Below are positions 1 to 10,248 of a DNA stretch of 32,000 bases, piece by piece. Under the pieces are notes generated by a model. It was not told the DNA's origin, did not search any database, and worked only from the letters and a program-made list of their open reading frames with translations. Where the stretch lies: positions 1,260,001 through 1,292,000 of the forward strand of contig NZ_CP089977.1 of assembly GCF_025643275.1 (NCBI RefSeq), in the 5' to 3' direction. Numbering within the stretch: the stretch's first letter is position 1; each line of letters opens with the position of its first letter. This DNA comes from Moraxella nasicaprae (lineage in GTDB: Bacteria > Pseudomonadota > Gammaproteobacteria > Pseudomonadales > Moraxellaceae). The translations under genes were made by a program, and so were the position numbers.

Positions 1-26
1 CCCATCGTGCAAGCGGTGGGTTTTTT
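1..26 (+). terminator. Rho-independent terminator of an upstream gene outside the window
   Basis: CCCATCG-TGCAAG-CGGTGGG forms a 7-bp stem (one G-U pair) followed by TTTTTT. Nearly identical to the terminator at 770-794. Confidence 0.7.
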
Positions 27-98
27 GCGTTATTTGACAAATGAACAAGTGTGCTTTATCATATGCCTAAATCCATAATGTGAGTAAGGTTTTTTAAG

Positions 99-749
99 AT
101 GAATAAATTTTATCCAATCATTGCTTTGGCTTTATTTTCAACAGGAGCATTGGCAAATGTTGATGGTGTGTATGTGCAGGGTTCTGTTGGCTTATCCAAA
201 TTAAGCACCAAACATGACGGTGAAAAATTGACCGATGATAAGGCACTCATCAGAGCAAGCGTTGGCAAGCAGGTTGGCAATATGCGTTATGCACTTGATT
301 ATAGTGATTTTGGTAAAGTTGAGTCGGTACAGACAGAAGTGTTTGAGGCGGATGAAGGTTATCATAATGGACCTTATATTGAGACCGAAACCATGTTGGA
401 TAACATCAAAGTGCGTTCATTTGGTGTATCGGCAATCTATGATTTTCCATTACATTCTGCCGTCAATGCGTATGCAGGTCTTAGAGTGGGGGCAAATAAG
501 ATTGATGCCAAACAGCAAAGCAGAACAAAAACAGTCTATGACAACAAAGAGCTTGGCACAACTGAGGTTGCCAGTCAGCATCAGCAAGCCAAAACCAAGA
601 TTGGCGTTGGTGTGTTAGCAGGTGTGCAATACCAGCTGACATCAAATGTGGCACTAGATGCAGGCGTGGAATACAATCAACTGGGCAAATCTGACCAAAT
701 CAAGGCTCATCAGTATGGCATCACTGCTGGTCTGCGTTACAATTTCTAA
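99..749 (+). CDS. Small outer-membrane beta-barrel protein (OmpA-like/Opa-like 8-strand family)
   Basis: 216-aa ORF with signal peptide MNKFYPIIALALFSTGALA/NV. Alternating hydrophobic beta-strand pattern and C-terminal aromatic beta-signal ...GLRYNF. Confidence 0.8.
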   Translation: MNKFYPIIALALFSTGALANVDGVYVQGSVGLSKLSTKHDGEKLTDDKALIRASVGKQVGNMRYALDYSDFGKVESVQTEVFEADEGYHNGPYIETETMLDNIKVRSFGVSAIYDFPLHSAVNAYAGLRVGANKIDAKQQSRTKTVYDNKELGTTEVASQHQQAKTKIGVGVLAGVQYQLTSNVALDAGVEYNQLGKSDQIKAHQYGITAGLRYNF

Positions 750-769
750 TCGTCATGCCCATCATCAAA

Positions 770-794
770 CCCATCGTGCAGGCGGTGGGTTTTT
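770..794 (+). terminator. Rho-independent terminator of the OMP gene
   Basis: CCCATCG-TGCAGG-CGGTGGG stem-loop followed by TTTTT, 20 nt after the stop codon. Confidence 0.75.
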
Positions 795-829
795 GTATAA
801 AAATCTGCCAATTTCCCAAAACAAAAAAG

Positions 830-858
830 CTGACTTTTGCTAAATTAACTGTTATAAT
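830..858 (+). promoter_or_regulatory. Candidate sigma70 promoter of rpsO
   Basis: -35 CTGACT (830-835), 17-nt spacer, perfect -10 TATAAT (853-858), about 90 nt upstream of the rpsO start. Confidence 0.4.
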
Positions 859-895
859 AATAAGCTAAGTGCCAATTTGGCTTAGGCAGGCTTTA

Positions 896-930
896 GCAAT
901 GCAACGCTTGCCCGAATAATATTGCATTGC
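896..930 (+). promoter_or_regulatory. rpsO 5' leader stem-loop (candidate S15 autoregulatory structure)
   Basis: Perfect 9-bp stem GCAATGCAA (896-904) / TTGCATTGC (922-930) with a 17-nt loop. It ends 6 nt before the AGGAA Shine-Dalgarno. Confidence 0.45.
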
Positions 931-949
931 CCAATTAGGAATATCGATT

Positions 950-1216
950 ATGCTAACTAATCAAGATCGTGAAGCAATCATTGCACAATACAAGCGTGGC
1001 GAGAATGACACTGGTAGCCCAGAGGTTCAAGTTGCCCTATTGACCGCTCGTATCAACGACCTACAAGACCACTTCAAAACTCACAAAGCTGACCATCACA
1101 GCCGTCGTGGTCTAATCCGTATGGTAAACCAACGCCGTAAATTGCTAGACTACCTAAAAGGTAAAGACCTAAACCGCTATACCGACCTAATCGGTTCATT
1201 GGGTCTGCGTCGTTAA
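950..1216 (+). CDS. rpsO: 30S ribosomal protein S15
   Basis: 88 aa with typical S15 sequence (...[34 protein letters not shown]...YLK...RY..LI..LGLRR). Conserved position upstream of pnp. Confidence 0.97.
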   Translation: MLTNQDREAIIAQYKRGENDTGSPEVQVALLTARINDLQDHFKTHKADHHSRRGLIRMVNQRRKLLDYLKGKDLNRYTDLIGSLGLRR

Positions 1217-1256
1217 TCACTCTGTTGAGTGGCGATGATTGCGTAACGCAACAAGA

Positions 1257-1290
1257 AACGGCGTGCTTTGGCGTGCCGTTTTTATTTTTT
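1257..1290 (+). terminator. rpsO terminator/attenuator before pnp
   Basis: CGGCGTGC-TTTG-GCGTGCCG stem (8 bp, two G-U pairs) followed by TTTTTATTTTTT. Confidence 0.7.
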
Positions 1291-1358
1291 GATGGCGATT
1301 AGAACTCTAAGGCATAAGGTTGTCGGGCTTTATTCCTTAGGGCTTTAATTAAGCCATC
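1291..1358 (+). promoter_or_regulatory. Long imperfect stem-loop in the pnp leader (candidate RNase III processing/autoregulation hairpin)
   Basis: GATGGC (1291-1296) pairs with GCCATC (1353-1358). CTAAGG (1307-1312) pairs with CCTTAG (1335-1340), with further A-U/G-U pairs between. The structure ends about 25 nt before the pnp start. Confidence 0.45.
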
Positions 1359-1383
1359 TGACTGATAAATAAAAGGAAACAAT

Positions 1384-3477
1384 ATGTTTAATGTCATTCG
1401 TCAAGAATTTCAATACGGCAACCAGCAGGTTGTATTAGAAACAGGTCGTGTCGCTCGCCAAGCCAATTCGGTGGTGGTGCATATGGGCGGCGTGTCTGTG
1501 TTAGTGGCTGTCGTGGTTCGTCCAGAAGCTGTTGCAGGTCAGAACTTTTTTCCATTGACCGTCAATTATCAAGAAAAAATGTACGCATCAGGCAAAATCC
1601 CTGGTGGCTATGGCAAGCGTGAAGGTCGTGCCTCAGAATTTGAGACTTTGACCAGCCGTTTGATTGACCGTCCGATTCGTCCACTGTTCCCAGAAGGTTA
1701 TTTTAACGAAATTCAAGTGACCGCCACGGTGATTTCATCAGACAAATCACAAGATGCTGACATCGCAGCGATGATTGGTGCATCAGCAGCACTTGCCATT
1801 TCGCCAGCACCGTTTAATGGTCCGATTGGTGCTGCTCGTGTGGGCTTTATTGATGGCGAATATGTGCTAAACCCAAGCCTTGCCCAAATGAAACAAAGTC
1901 AGCTTGACCTTGTGGTGGCAGGTACTAAGGCTGCTGTTTTGATGGTAGAGTCAGAAGCTGATGAGCTGTCAGAAGACCAAATGCTTGGTGCGGTATTGTA
2001 CGGTCATGCTCAGCAACAAGTGGTGATTGATAATATCAATGCGTTTGCTGCGGCGGTTGGCAATACAAAAGCAGAATTCATCGCTCCTGCGATTGATGAA
2101 GAGCTAAATGCTGCCCTAAAAGCAGGCTTTACCCAAAAAGTCAGCGAAGCCTATACCATCACAGTCAAACAAGACCGCTATGCTCGTCTTGATGAAATCA
2201 AAAACGAAGCCGTAGAAGCATTGGCAGGCGACATCGAAAGCGAAGAATACGAAAGTAAAGCAGCGGCTGTCAAAGAGCTGTTTGAAGAACTAAAATATCG
2301 CACCGTGCGTGATAATATCCTATCAGGCAAGCCTCGTATCGATGGTCGTGATTTGGACACCGTGCGTGCGTTGGACATTCAGGTGGGTGTGCTGCCTTAT
2401 ACACACGGCTCAGCACTATTTACTCGTGGTGAAACCCAAGCCCTTGTGGTTACGACACTTGGCACAACCCGTGATGTAAACCTTGTGGACACTTTGGCTG
2501 GTACTAAGCAAGACCACTTTATGCTACATTATAATTTCCCGCATTATTCGGTGGGCGAAACAGGTCGTGAAAGTGGGCCAAAACGCCGTGAAATCGGTCA
2601 TGGTCGTCTGGCTCGCCGTGGCGTGCAAGCGATGTTGCCAGCCGCTGACCGCTTCCCATACACCATTCGTGTGGTATCAGAAATCACCGAGTCAAACGGT
2701 TCATCATCAATGGCATCGGTGTGTGGTGCATCACTATCATTGATGGATGCTGGCGTACCCCTAAAAGCTCCTGTGGCAGGCATCGCCATGGGCTTGGTTA
2801 AAGAGGGTGAGAGATTTGCTGTCTTGTCAGACATCTTGGGCGATGAAGACCATTTGGGCGATATGGACTTTAAAGTGGCAGGTTCTGTCAATGGTATCAC
2901 AGCGTTGCAGATGGACATCAAAATCGAAGGCATCACCGCTGATATTATGGAAAAAGCCCTAAATCAAGCCCATGCTGGTCGTATCCATATCCTCAATGCG
3001 ATGAATGAAGTCATTGCTCAGTCTCGTACTGAGATTAATGCTCATGCACCAAACTATGCCACCATCAACATCAATCCAGAAAAAATCCGTGATGTCATTG
3101 GCAAAGGCGGTGCTACCATTCGTCAGCTGACTGAGGACACAGGGGCGACGATTGACATTGATGATAATGGCACAATCCGTATTTTTGGTACTGACAAGGC
3201 ATCAACTCGTGCTGCCATCGCTCAAATCGAAGCCATTACTGCCGAAGTGGAAGTGGGTGCGGTTTATGAGGGTACGGTGGCTCGCATTGTGGACTTTGGT
3301 GCATTTGTGACCATCTTGCCAGGTACTGATGGCTTGGTACACATCAGCCAAATCTCTGATGAGCGTGTTGAGAATGTAACCGACCACCTATCAGAAGGTC
3401 AGACCGTCAAGGTGCAAGTCCAAGACATCGATAATCGTGGACGCATCAAATTGACCATGAAAGGCATTGAACAATAA
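1384..3477 (+). CDS. pnp: Polyribonucleotide nucleotidyltransferase (PNPase)
   Basis: 697 aa with two RNase PH-like domains, then KH ([10 protein letters not shown]) and S1 ([29 protein letters not shown]) domains. rpsO-pnp synteny. Confidence 0.98.
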   Translation: MFNVIRQEFQYGNQQVVLETGRVARQANSVVVHMGGVSVLVAVVVRPEAVAGQNFFPLTVNYQEKMYASGKIPGGYGKREGRASEFETLTSRLIDRPIRPLFPEGYFNEIQVTATVISSDKSQDADIAAMIGASAALAISPAPFNGPIGAARVGFIDGEYVLNPSLAQMKQSQLDLVVAGTKAAVLMVESEADELSEDQMLGAVLYGHAQQQVVIDNINAFAAAVGNTKAEFIAPAIDEELNAALKAGFTQKVSEAYTITVKQDRYARLDEIKNEAVEALAGDIESEEYESKAAAVKELFEELKYRTVRDNILSGKPRIDGRDLDTVRALDIQVGVLPYTHGSALFTRGETQALVVTTLGTTRDVNLVDTLAGTKQDHFMLHYNFPHYSVGETGRESGPKRREIGHGRLARRGVQAMLPAADRFPYTIRVVSEITESNGSSSMASVCGASLSLMDAGVPLKAPVAGIAMGLVKEGERFAVLSDILGDEDHLGDMDFKVAGSVNGITALQMDIKIEGITADIMEKALNQAHAGRIHILNAMNEVIAQSRTEINAHAPNYATININPEKIRDVIGKGGATIRQLTEDTGATIDIDDNGTIRIFGTDKASTRAAIAQIEAITAEVEVGAVYEGTVARIVDFGAFVTILPGTDGLVHISQISDERVENVTDHLSEGQTVKVQVQDIDNRGRIKLTMKGIEQ

Positions 3478-3490
3478 TTCATCGCCAGTT

Positions 3491-3522
3491 AAAAAAATCG
3501 CTCCATCATGGGGCGATTTTTT
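3491..3522. terminator. Bidirectional terminator between convergent pnp and rlmH
   Basis: AAAAAAATCGC-loop-GCGATTTTTT: ATCGC/GCGAT stem flanked by an A-run and a T-run. Confidence 0.6.
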
Positions 3523-3532
3523 GTGGTTGGTA

Positions 3533-4015
3533 TCAGCCGCCACGATGATAGGGGTGATGATGAATGATGCTCATCGCACGATACAGCTGTTCCATCAAAA
3601 TCACTCGCACCAATGGGTGAGGTAGGGTTAAATCAGACATCGACCACTTAAAATCTGCTGCTTGCAAAATTTCATCAGACACGCCATCAGCACCACCGAT
3701 GACCAAAGCAATGTCTAAGCCATCTTGCATGGCAAGGCTAAGCTTATCCGACAGTTGTTCGGTGGAGAGCATTTTGCCCTTGACTTCTAGTAGCCACAAT
3801 CGTTCTTTGGGGTGTTTTGCTGCCAGAATACTTTGTGCTTCGGTGTGTTTGTATTTGAGGATTTCGGCAGGCGATGGATTTTTGCTGCGTTTGGCAGGTG
3901 GTAGTTCGACCAACTCCACGCTCATCATGGGTAAAATGCGTTTGAGATATTCTTCAAAACCTGTTTGTACCCAATCAGGCATTTTATGCCCAACGCTTAA
4001 AATTCTTAGTTTCAT
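3533..4015 (-). CDS. rlmH: 23S rRNA (pseudouridine1915-N3)-methyltransferase RlmH (SPOUT family)
   Basis: 160 aa. N-terminus MKLRILSVGHKMPDWVQTGFEEYLKR and C-terminus ...LTLPHPLVRVILMEQLYRA are typical RlmH/YbeA. Confidence 0.93.
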   Translation of the reverse strand: MKLRILSVGHKMPDWVQTGFEEYLKRILPMMSVELVELPPAKRSKNPSPAEILKYKHTEAQSILAAKHPKERLWLLEVKGKMLSTEQLSDKLSLAMQDGLDIALVIGGADGVSDEILQAADFKWSMSDLTLPHPLVRVILMEQLYRAMSIIHHHPYHRGG

Positions 4016-4147
4016 GACTTGCCTTAAAAGTTTTTTGCTATTTTAACAAAAAATTTGCCAAAAATTTATGGAAATTCTGATAATTTATGGCGAAAATTAT
4101 AAAACTTTGCTATGCTAGTCAATTTATCAAGATGTGATAAAATAAGC

Positions 4148-4567
4148 ATGCCAATCTTAGCCGACACCAAAACCGCCAAACAAAAAATGGGCGACTTTTA
4201 TGAAATGCAGGCTTGCCAGCTATTTATTAGGCAAGGGCTGCGTGTCTGCCAAACCAACTATGTGGTAGCTGGCGTAGGAGAGATTGACATCATCGCTGAG
4301 CATCATCAACTGGTGCGTGGCAGACAACAATCCTGCTTGGTTTTTGCCGAAGTGCGTAGTCGCAAAGCGGGGCGTTATGCCGATGCCTTAGCCAGCGTAA
4401 CACCAGCCAAGCAACGCAAGATTATCCAAAGTGCTGAGTGCTTTTTGCAACAAAATCCGCAATACCAAGATTGGGCGTGCCGTTTTGATGTCGTAGGCTT
4501 TGTTATAGATTATCAAGGGGTCGTGCTGTCGTGCGATTGGATTGAAAATGCGTTTTTGGCAGAATGA
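4148..4567 (+). CDS. yraN: YraN family (UPF0102) endonuclease-like protein
   Basis: Motifs GEIDIIAE, VFAEVRSR and CRFDVVGF match UPF0102. The start is uncertain: ATG 4148 is preferred by alignment to the E. coli YraN N-terminus, but the ORF extends to 4112. Confidence 0.8.
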   Translation: MPILADTKTAKQKMGDFYEMQACQLFIRQGLRVCQTNYVVAGVGEIDIIAEHHQLVRGRQQSCLVFAEVRSRKAGRYADALASVTPAKQRKIIQSAECFLQQNPQYQDWACRFDVVGFVIDYQGVVLSCDWIENAFLAE

Positions 4568-4607
4568 ATCACATCATCTTTTTTCCGTGAACGAATCGGG
4601 TATCATT

Positions 4608-5342
4608 ATGAAACATATTTTGGCAACGACAGTGGCTGTGCTTAGCTTGGCTTTGGCAGGCTGTATGAGTACACAATCGGATTTGACAGGTTATGGTGCA
4701 GATGCGATGGGTCGCACCATTCCCGAGCGTATCAGCGATAGCAGTATTGAGATTACCGCTCGCAGAAACCTTGCCACCGTACCAGGTGTGAATGAAAATA
4801 ATGTGCGAGTGGCGATTGACAGCTATCGCCGAGAAGTGCTTTTGACGGGCGAAGTGCCATCAGAGGAGATTAAGACAGAGATTGCTCGCACCATCGATTC
4901 GATGAAAGATGTCGAAAAAGTATATAATTATTTGACCGTGACTGACACGCCAAAAAGCCAAAGCCATACGGTTCACGAAAACTATCTGCGTGCCAAGATT
5001 AACGCTCGCTTACTTGCCAATCGTGAAATTAAATCATCACAATATCAGATTGTGGTCAGAGATCGCACCGCTTATGTGATGGGCTATATCACGCCACAAC
5101 AGCAAGATTATATTTTACAAGCCATTCAGGATACACCTGGTATGGCAATGGCGGTAACTTTGACGACCATCGTCAGTGATGGTATATCAACCGACATCGC
5201 TGCCAGCACATCAGGCGATACTTATGGCGGTGTGGTTACGCTTGAAGATACGGAGGCAGCAGCGTTGCAGTCCATCAGTACACCGAATGCAACAACAGAA
5301 GCACCCAGCAACAGCATGCCTGTTTTTGACAATGCTCAATGA
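4608..5342 (+). CDS. dolP: Dual BON-domain outer-membrane lipoprotein (DolP/YraP-like) with a low-complexity C-terminal tail
   Basis: Lipobox MKHILATTVAVLSLALAG/C at internal ATG 4608. Two BON-like segments (IEITARRNL..., VLLTGEVPS; VVVRDRTAYVMGYI). Lies next to yraN as in E. coli. Confidence 0.75.
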   Translation: MKHILATTVAVLSLALAGCMSTQSDLTGYGADAMGRTIPERISDSSIEITARRNLATVPGVNENNVRVAIDSYRREVLLTGEVPSEEIKTEIARTIDSMKDVEKVYNYLTVTDTPKSQSHTVHENYLRAKINARLLANREIKSSQYQIVVRDRTAYVMGYITPQQQDYILQAIQDTPGMAMAVTLTTIVSDGISTDIAASTSGDTYGGVVTLEDTEAAALQSISTPNATTEAPSNSMPVFDNAQ

Positions 5343-5388
5343 ATGATTTTGCACCCAAAGTGCCAACAAGACAAGAAAGAGATAGATT

Positions 5389-5631
5389 ATGAATGCAGAT
5401 GATTTAATTGCTTTATTACGCCCACATTTTGCTGACGCTCACATTGAGGCGGTCAATCAGGGTAATAAGTTTGAATTATTGATTGTGGATAATGCCTTTG
5501 ATGGCAAACGATTGGTGGCACGCCAGCAAATGATTTTTGCTTTGGTGAATGACCATATCCAAAGTGGTGCAATGCACGCCCTAACCATTCACGCACTGAC
5601 CCCAGCCGAGTATGCTGACCGTCAAGCCTAA
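5389..5631 (+). CDS. ibaG: BolA family protein IbaG
   Basis: 80 aa with BolA fold motifs (...FELLIVDNAFDGKRLVARQQMIF...HALTIHALTPAE). Sits immediately upstream of murA as in E. coli. Confidence 0.85.
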   Translation: MNADDLIALLRPHFADAHIEAVNQGNKFELLIVDNAFDGKRLVARQQMIFALVNDHIQSGAMHALTIHALTPAEYADRQA

Positions 5632-5650
5632 TTAGCATAAAGAGAGTATC

Positions 5651-6913
5651 ATGGATAAATTTAAAATCATAGGCAAAAGCCGCATCGCAGGTGAAGTGGT
5701 TGTTTCTGGCTCCAAAAACGCTGCATTACCCCTATTGGCAGCGATGATTTTGCCAACCACTCAAACAGTTTTGCATAATGTTCCAACCCTAAAAGACACC
5801 ACAACCCTGATTGAGCTGATTGCTGGTACTGGCGTAAAAATTCACAAAGAGGGCAATACGGTTGTGGCTGATGCCAGTCAAGTGACCCATTATTATGCAC
5901 CTTATGAATTGGTGCGTACGATGCGTGCGTCTATCTTGGTATTAGGACCATTATTGGCTCGTTTTGGCGAGGCGGAGGTATCTTTACCAGGTGGTTGTTC
6001 TATCGGTTCTCGCCCTGTGGATCAGCACCTAAAAGCCTTAGAAGCGATGGGAGCCACCATCGTGGTGGAAAATGGCTATGTCAAGGCAACAGCCCCAGCA
6101 GGTGGTCGTTTGCTTGGTTGTGATTTTAGCTTCGATATGGTTACGGTGGGTGGTACTGAAAATACCATCATGGCGGCAGCTTTGGCAAAAGGTACTACTC
6201 GCCTAGAAAACTGTGCCACAGAGCCTGAGGTGGTTGATTTGGCGAATATGCTTGTGGCGATGGGTGCTAAAATCAGCGGTATCGGCACGACCACGATGAT
6301 TATCGAGGGTGTGGATAGCTTGCATGGTTGCGAATACAGCGTCATTGCTGACCGCATTGAGACGGGCTCATATTTGGCAGGTGCTTTGATGAGCGAAGGC
6401 GATGTCTTAACCAAAAATACTTCGGCAGAATTTTTGCATCCTGTTTTAAAGAAATTTGAGGCAATGGGGGCAACCATCACCACAGGCGATGACTGGATTC
6501 GTGCGGTGATGAAAGGTCGTCCAAAGGCGGTGGATATTCGCACACAGGTACATCCTGGCTTCCCAACGGACATGCAAGCACAGCTGATGGCGGTTTGTTG
6601 CTTGGCAGAAGGCACCAGCACCATCATCGAAAACATCTTTGAAAATCGCTTCATGCATGTGCCAGAGCTACAAAGATTGGGTGCTAACATCAAAGTCGAT
6701 GGTCATACTGCGGTGGTGGTGGGTGTGGATAAATTTACCCCAGCTCCTGTGATGGCGACCGACCTTCGAGCTTCTATGTCGCTTGTGATGGCGGCAGCTT
6801 GTGCCGAAGGCGAAAGCATCATTGACCGTATTTATCACATTGATAGAGGTTATGATGATGTCGAAAACAAACTGCGTGCTTTGGGTGTGAATATCGAACG
6901 CATCAAAGGCTAA
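5651..6913 (+). CDS. murA: UDP-N-acetylglucosamine 1-carboxyvinyltransferase
   Basis: 420 aa, full-length MurA similarity ([13 protein letters not shown]..., [16 protein letters not shown] with the active-site Cys). Confidence 0.98.
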   Translation: MDKFKIIGKSRIAGEVVVSGSKNAALPLLAAMILPTTQTVLHNVPTLKDTTTLIELIAGTGVKIHKEGNTVVADASQVTHYYAPYELVRTMRASILVLGPLLARFGEAEVSLPGGCSIGSRPVDQHLKALEAMGATIVVENGYVKATAPAGGRLLGCDFSFDMVTVGGTENTIMAAALAKGTTRLENCATEPEVVDLANMLVAMGAKISGIGTTTMIIEGVDSLHGCEYSVIADRIETGSYLAGALMSEGDVLTKNTSAEFLHPVLKKFEAMGATITTGDDWIRAVMKGRPKAVDIRTQVHPGFPTDMQAQLMAVCCLAEGTSTIIENIFENRFMHVPELQRLGANIKVDGHTAVVVGVDKFTPAPVMATDLRASMSLVMAAACAEGESIIDRIYHIDRGYDDVENKLRALGVNIERIKG

Positions 6914-6918
6914 GATAA

Positions 6919-6942
6919 GACGCACCTTTTGGTGCGTTTTTG
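6919..6942 (+). terminator. murA rho-independent terminator
   Basis: GACGCACC-TTTT-GGTGCGT followed by TTTTT. It overlaps the spurious 5' extension of the hisG ORF. Confidence 0.75.
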
Positions 6943-6958
6943 TCAAAAATGGAATGAA

Positions 6959-7618
6959 ATGATGAGTGTCAAACAGATAAGTCAAGATGACTTTAACGGA
7001 TTAACCATCGCCCTATCCAAAGGGCGGATTTTGGACGAAACCCTACCATTGTTTGCCAAAGCTGGCATCACGCCACTAGAAGACATGCAACAATCTCGCA
7101 AGTTGATTTTCGCCACCAGCGATGAGCAAGTGCGGTTTTTGATGTTGCGAGCCTCTGATGTGCCAACCTATGTGGAGCATGGGGCGGCTGATATCGGTGT
7201 CTCTGGCAAAGATGTTTTGATGGAATACGATGCCCAAGTGTACGAATTGCTTGACCTAAATATCGCCAAATGCCGTCTGATGACCGCAGGTGTGGCAGGT
7301 TTTTCTTTGCCAAATCGTCGTTTACGCATCGCCACAAAGTATGCCAATGTGGCAAGAAATTATTTTGCCAGTCGTGGGCAGCAGGTGGACATCATTAAGC
7401 TGTATGGTTCGATGGAGCTTGCCCCTTTGGTGGGTTTGGGCGATTTGATTGTCGATGTGGTGGATACGGGCAACACCTTGCGTGCTAACGGTCTAGAACC
7501 ATTTGATGAGATTTGCCAAGTCTCATCACGACTGATTGCCAATCCTGTCAGCTATAAACGAAAATTGACCCAGTTACGACCCATTTTGCAAATTTTACAG
7601 CAAGCGGTGTCATCATAA
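6959..7618 (+). CDS. hisG: ATP phosphoribosyltransferase, short (HisZ-dependent) form
   Basis: About 219 aa from ATG 6959 (or 6962). [11 protein letters not shown]..., ...[18 protein letters not shown]. No C-terminal regulatory domain. The track start at 6929 lies inside the murA terminator. Confidence 0.92.
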   Translation: MMSVKQISQDDFNGLTIALSKGRILDETLPLFAKAGITPLEDMQQSRKLIFATSDEQVRFLMLRASDVPTYVEHGAADIGVSGKDVLMEYDAQVYELLDLNIAKCRLMTAGVAGFSLPNRRLRIATKYANVARNYFASRGQQVDIIKLYGSMELAPLVGLGDLIVDVVDTGNTLRANGLEPFDEICQVSSRLIANPVSYKRKLTQLRPILQILQQAVSS

Positions 7619-7636
7619 AACATTGGAAGTGTGATT

Positions 7637-8950
7637 ATGAGCCAACAACATATTCTAAAATTAGACAGCCAATCGCCAGATTTTGCAGACAAGCTTAATC
7701 AGCTATTGGCGTTCGAAACTGTCACGGACAAACAGCTGGTGCAAGTTGTCGATGACATCATTGCCCAAGTACGCCAAGATGGCGATGAAGCGGTGTTTGC
7801 TTTGACCAAGCAATTTGACCAGCACCCAGCAAGCAGCATCGAAGAGTTATTCATCAATCCAGACAAGCTGAAATTGGCATTTGATGGGCTAAATGATGAG
7901 GTAAAAAGTGCCTTAACACTGGCCGCCAAGCGTATTTTTGCATTTCATGAACATCAAAAAGAATCAGGCTTTCGTTTTGTTGATGAATTGGGCAATACTT
8001 TGGGGCAAAAGGTCACGCCACTTGATAGCGTGGGCATCTATGTGCCAGGTGGTTTGGCAAGCTATCCATCGAGTGTGCTGATGAATGCCATTCCTGCCAA
8101 AGTTGCTGGCGTGCAGAAGATTACGATGGTTGTTCCTGCCCCAAAAGGCGTGCTAAATCCATTGGTGCTGGCAGCGGCACATCTGGCTGGTGTGGATAGT
8201 GTCATTACCATTGGTGGAGCTCAGGCGGTGGCAGCATTGGCTTATGGTACTAAACGCATCGCCAAAGTGGACAAAATCACAGGGCCAGGTAATAAATTTG
8301 TCGCTGCTGCCAAACGAGCTGTTTTTGGACAAGTGGGCATTGACATGATTGCTGGACCTTCTGAGGTGTTGGTCTATGCCGAAGGCGAGCAGGCGGACAA
8401 TGCTGATTGGTTGGCGATGGATTTGTTGAGCCAAGCTGAGCATGATACAGTGGCACAAGCGATTTTTGTGACCACTTGCCCAGCTCAGCTTGAAGCGGTG
8501 GAAAGTGCCATCAATCGGGCATTACAAACCTTGCCAAAAGCAGATATTGCCAGTGCAGCACTTGCCAATCGTGGGGCGTTGATTTTGGTCAAGGATAGAG
8601 CAGAGGGCTTGACGGTCATCAATCAAGTTGCCCCAGAACATTTGGAGTTGTCGCTGGATAATCCTGATGAATTGATTGAGCAAATTCGACACGCTGGGGC
8701 GATTTTTATGGGTCGTCATACCCCAGAGGCGATTGGCGATTATTGTGCTGGTAGCAACCATGTGCTGCCTACTTCTGGCACAGCTCGTTTTTCATCACCG
8801 CTTGGCGTGTATGATTTTCAAAAAAAATCATCATTGATTTATTGTACGCCACAAGGGGCAAAACCGCTTGCCAAGACAGCCGATATTTTGGCGATTGAGG
8901 AGGATTTGCAAGCCCACGCCCTATCAGCCCGCTATCGTCATCAGGAGTGA
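7637..8950 (+). CDS. hisD: Histidinol dehydrogenase
   Basis: About 437 aa. Motifs ITGPGNKFVAAAKR and SQAEHD. GGAAG Shine-Dalgarno lies 7 nt before ATG 7637. Confidence 0.96.
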   Translation: MSQQHILKLDSQSPDFADKLNQLLAFETVTDKQLVQVVDDIIAQVRQDGDEAVFALTKQFDQHPASSIEELFINPDKLKLAFDGLNDEVKSALTLAAKRIFAFHEHQKESGFRFVDELGNTLGQKVTPLDSVGIYVPGGLASYPSSVLMNAIPAKVAGVQKITMVVPAPKGVLNPLVLAAAHLAGVDSVITIGGAQAVAALAYGTKRIAKVDKITGPGNKFVAAAKRAVFGQVGIDMIAGPSEVLVYAEGEQADNADWLAMDLLSQAEHDTVAQAIFVTTCPAQLEAVESAINRALQTLPKADIASAALANRGALILVKDRAEGLTVINQVAPEHLELSLDNPDELIEQIRHAGAIFMGRHTPEAIGDYCAGSNHVLPTSGTARFSSPLGVYDFQKKSSLIYCTPQGAKPLAKTADILAIEEDLQAHALSARYRHQE

Positions 8951-8954
8951 ATCA

Positions 8955-10037
8955 ATGGATAAGCGTCTATGGAGTGATAAGGCAAAGAGCCTAACCCCTT
9001 ATGTGCCAGGCGAACAGCCAAAGCATGATAATCTGTGCAAACTTAACACCAACGAAAATCCTTTTGCCCCTAGTCCAAAGGTCATGGACGCCATTGGTGC
9101 GGTGCTTGCCAATGATGCAAACACTCTTAGGCTTTATCCAGAGCCTGAGTCCGATGAACTTTGTTCGGTGCTGGCTGACTATCATGGGCTTGATACTTCC
9201 CAAGTGTTTGTGGGTAATGGCTCGGACGAGGTATTGGCATTGGTTTTTGCCAGCTTTTTTATGAAAGATAAGCCGTTGCTATTGCCTGACATCAGTTATA
9301 GTTTTTATCCAGTATATGCTCAAACCTTTGGTGTTGCGACCAAAAGCATCGCCCTTGATGAGAGTTTTGCCATCAATGTTGATGACTATGTTGGCGAATG
9401 TGGCGGAATTATTTTTGCCAATCCTAATGCTCCAACAGGTCGGTTGATGCCGATTGCACAGATTCGTCAGCTTGCCCAAAGACATACTGATGCAGTGGTG
9501 GTGGTTGATGAGGCGTACATTGACTATGCTGATGATGTATCGACTGCCTCTGCCATCAGTTTGATTGATGAATTTGATAATATTGTGGTGGTGCAAACTT
9601 TCTCAAAATCTCGTGCATTGGCAGGCATGCGTGTGGGTGTGGCGTTTGCCAATCCAAGCCTAATCGCTGCTTTGATGGCGATGAAAAACAGTTTTAACAG
9701 TTATCCACTTGATCGTTTGGCACAAGCAGCCGCCATCGCCAGCATTCAAGATGAGGCTTACTTTCAAGAAAAACGCCAAGCAGTGATTCATTTACGACAA
9801 GATTTGACGGCTCATTTACAACAGCTTGGTTTTGAAGTTTTGCCGTCAGCGGCTAATTTTGTGTTTGCCAAACCAAGTCAAATGCCTGCCGCCATCATTG
9901 CTGAAAAATTGCGTGAAGAGGGCGTGATTATTCGTCATTTTAAGCAGGCACGCATTGAGAATTATCTGCGTATCAGTGTTGGTAATCGTGAGCAAAATGC
10001 TCGATTGATTGAAGTTTTGACGCAGATTTTGGCGTGA
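8955..10037 (+). CDS. hisC: Histidinol-phosphate aminotransferase
   Basis: 360 aa from ATG 8955, which is 4 nt after the hisD stop. LNTNENP motif and the PLP-lysine context QTFSKSRALAGMRVG. Confidence 0.95.
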   Translation: MDKRLWSDKAKSLTPYVPGEQPKHDNLCKLNTNENPFAPSPKVMDAIGAVLANDANTLRLYPEPESDELCSVLADYHGLDTSQVFVGNGSDEVLALVFASFFMKDKPLLLPDISYSFYPVYAQTFGVATKSIALDESFAINVDDYVGECGGIIFANPNAPTGRLMPIAQIRQLAQRHTDAVVVVDEAYIDYADDVSTASAISLIDEFDNIVVVQTFSKSRALAGMRVGVAFANPSLIAALMAMKNSFNSYPLDRLAQAAAIASIQDEAYFQEKRQAVIHLRQDLTAHLQQLGFEVLPSAANFVFAKPSQMPAAIIAEKLREEGVIIRHFKQARIENYLRISVGNREQNARLIEVLTQILA

Positions 10038-10248
10038 TGACTGGCAAAATTATCCAAATCATGTGATAATGATGCCAACAGGATTGATGGTTTTTGGCAA
10101 AAAAATCATCGACCAAGTTGATGCTCGGTCGATTACCGTGCGAAGTTATTAGACCATCATCTGCCATTTTAGGGGCAAAAAAGCTCATTGCCATTTTGCC
10201 AATATTAGCCATTTGTGCCAAGCACAAACAGCCAACAAGGAAATGATT

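Noticed and set aside
6076-6693. 205-aa antisense ORF inside murA, and similar antisense or alternate-frame ORFs inside pnp, hisD, hisC, rho, SulP, lbpA, trxB and ftsK.
   Set aside because: Each is fully embedded in a strongly supported conserved gene, and none has a recognisable motif or start context.
10065-10073. GATAATGAT, the first 9 nt of the Fur consensus, upstream of the Fe-S fumarase gene.
   Set aside because: Only a half-site matches (about 10 of 19 over the full box), and it lies about 180 nt from the start codon with no associated promoter. This is too weak to call.
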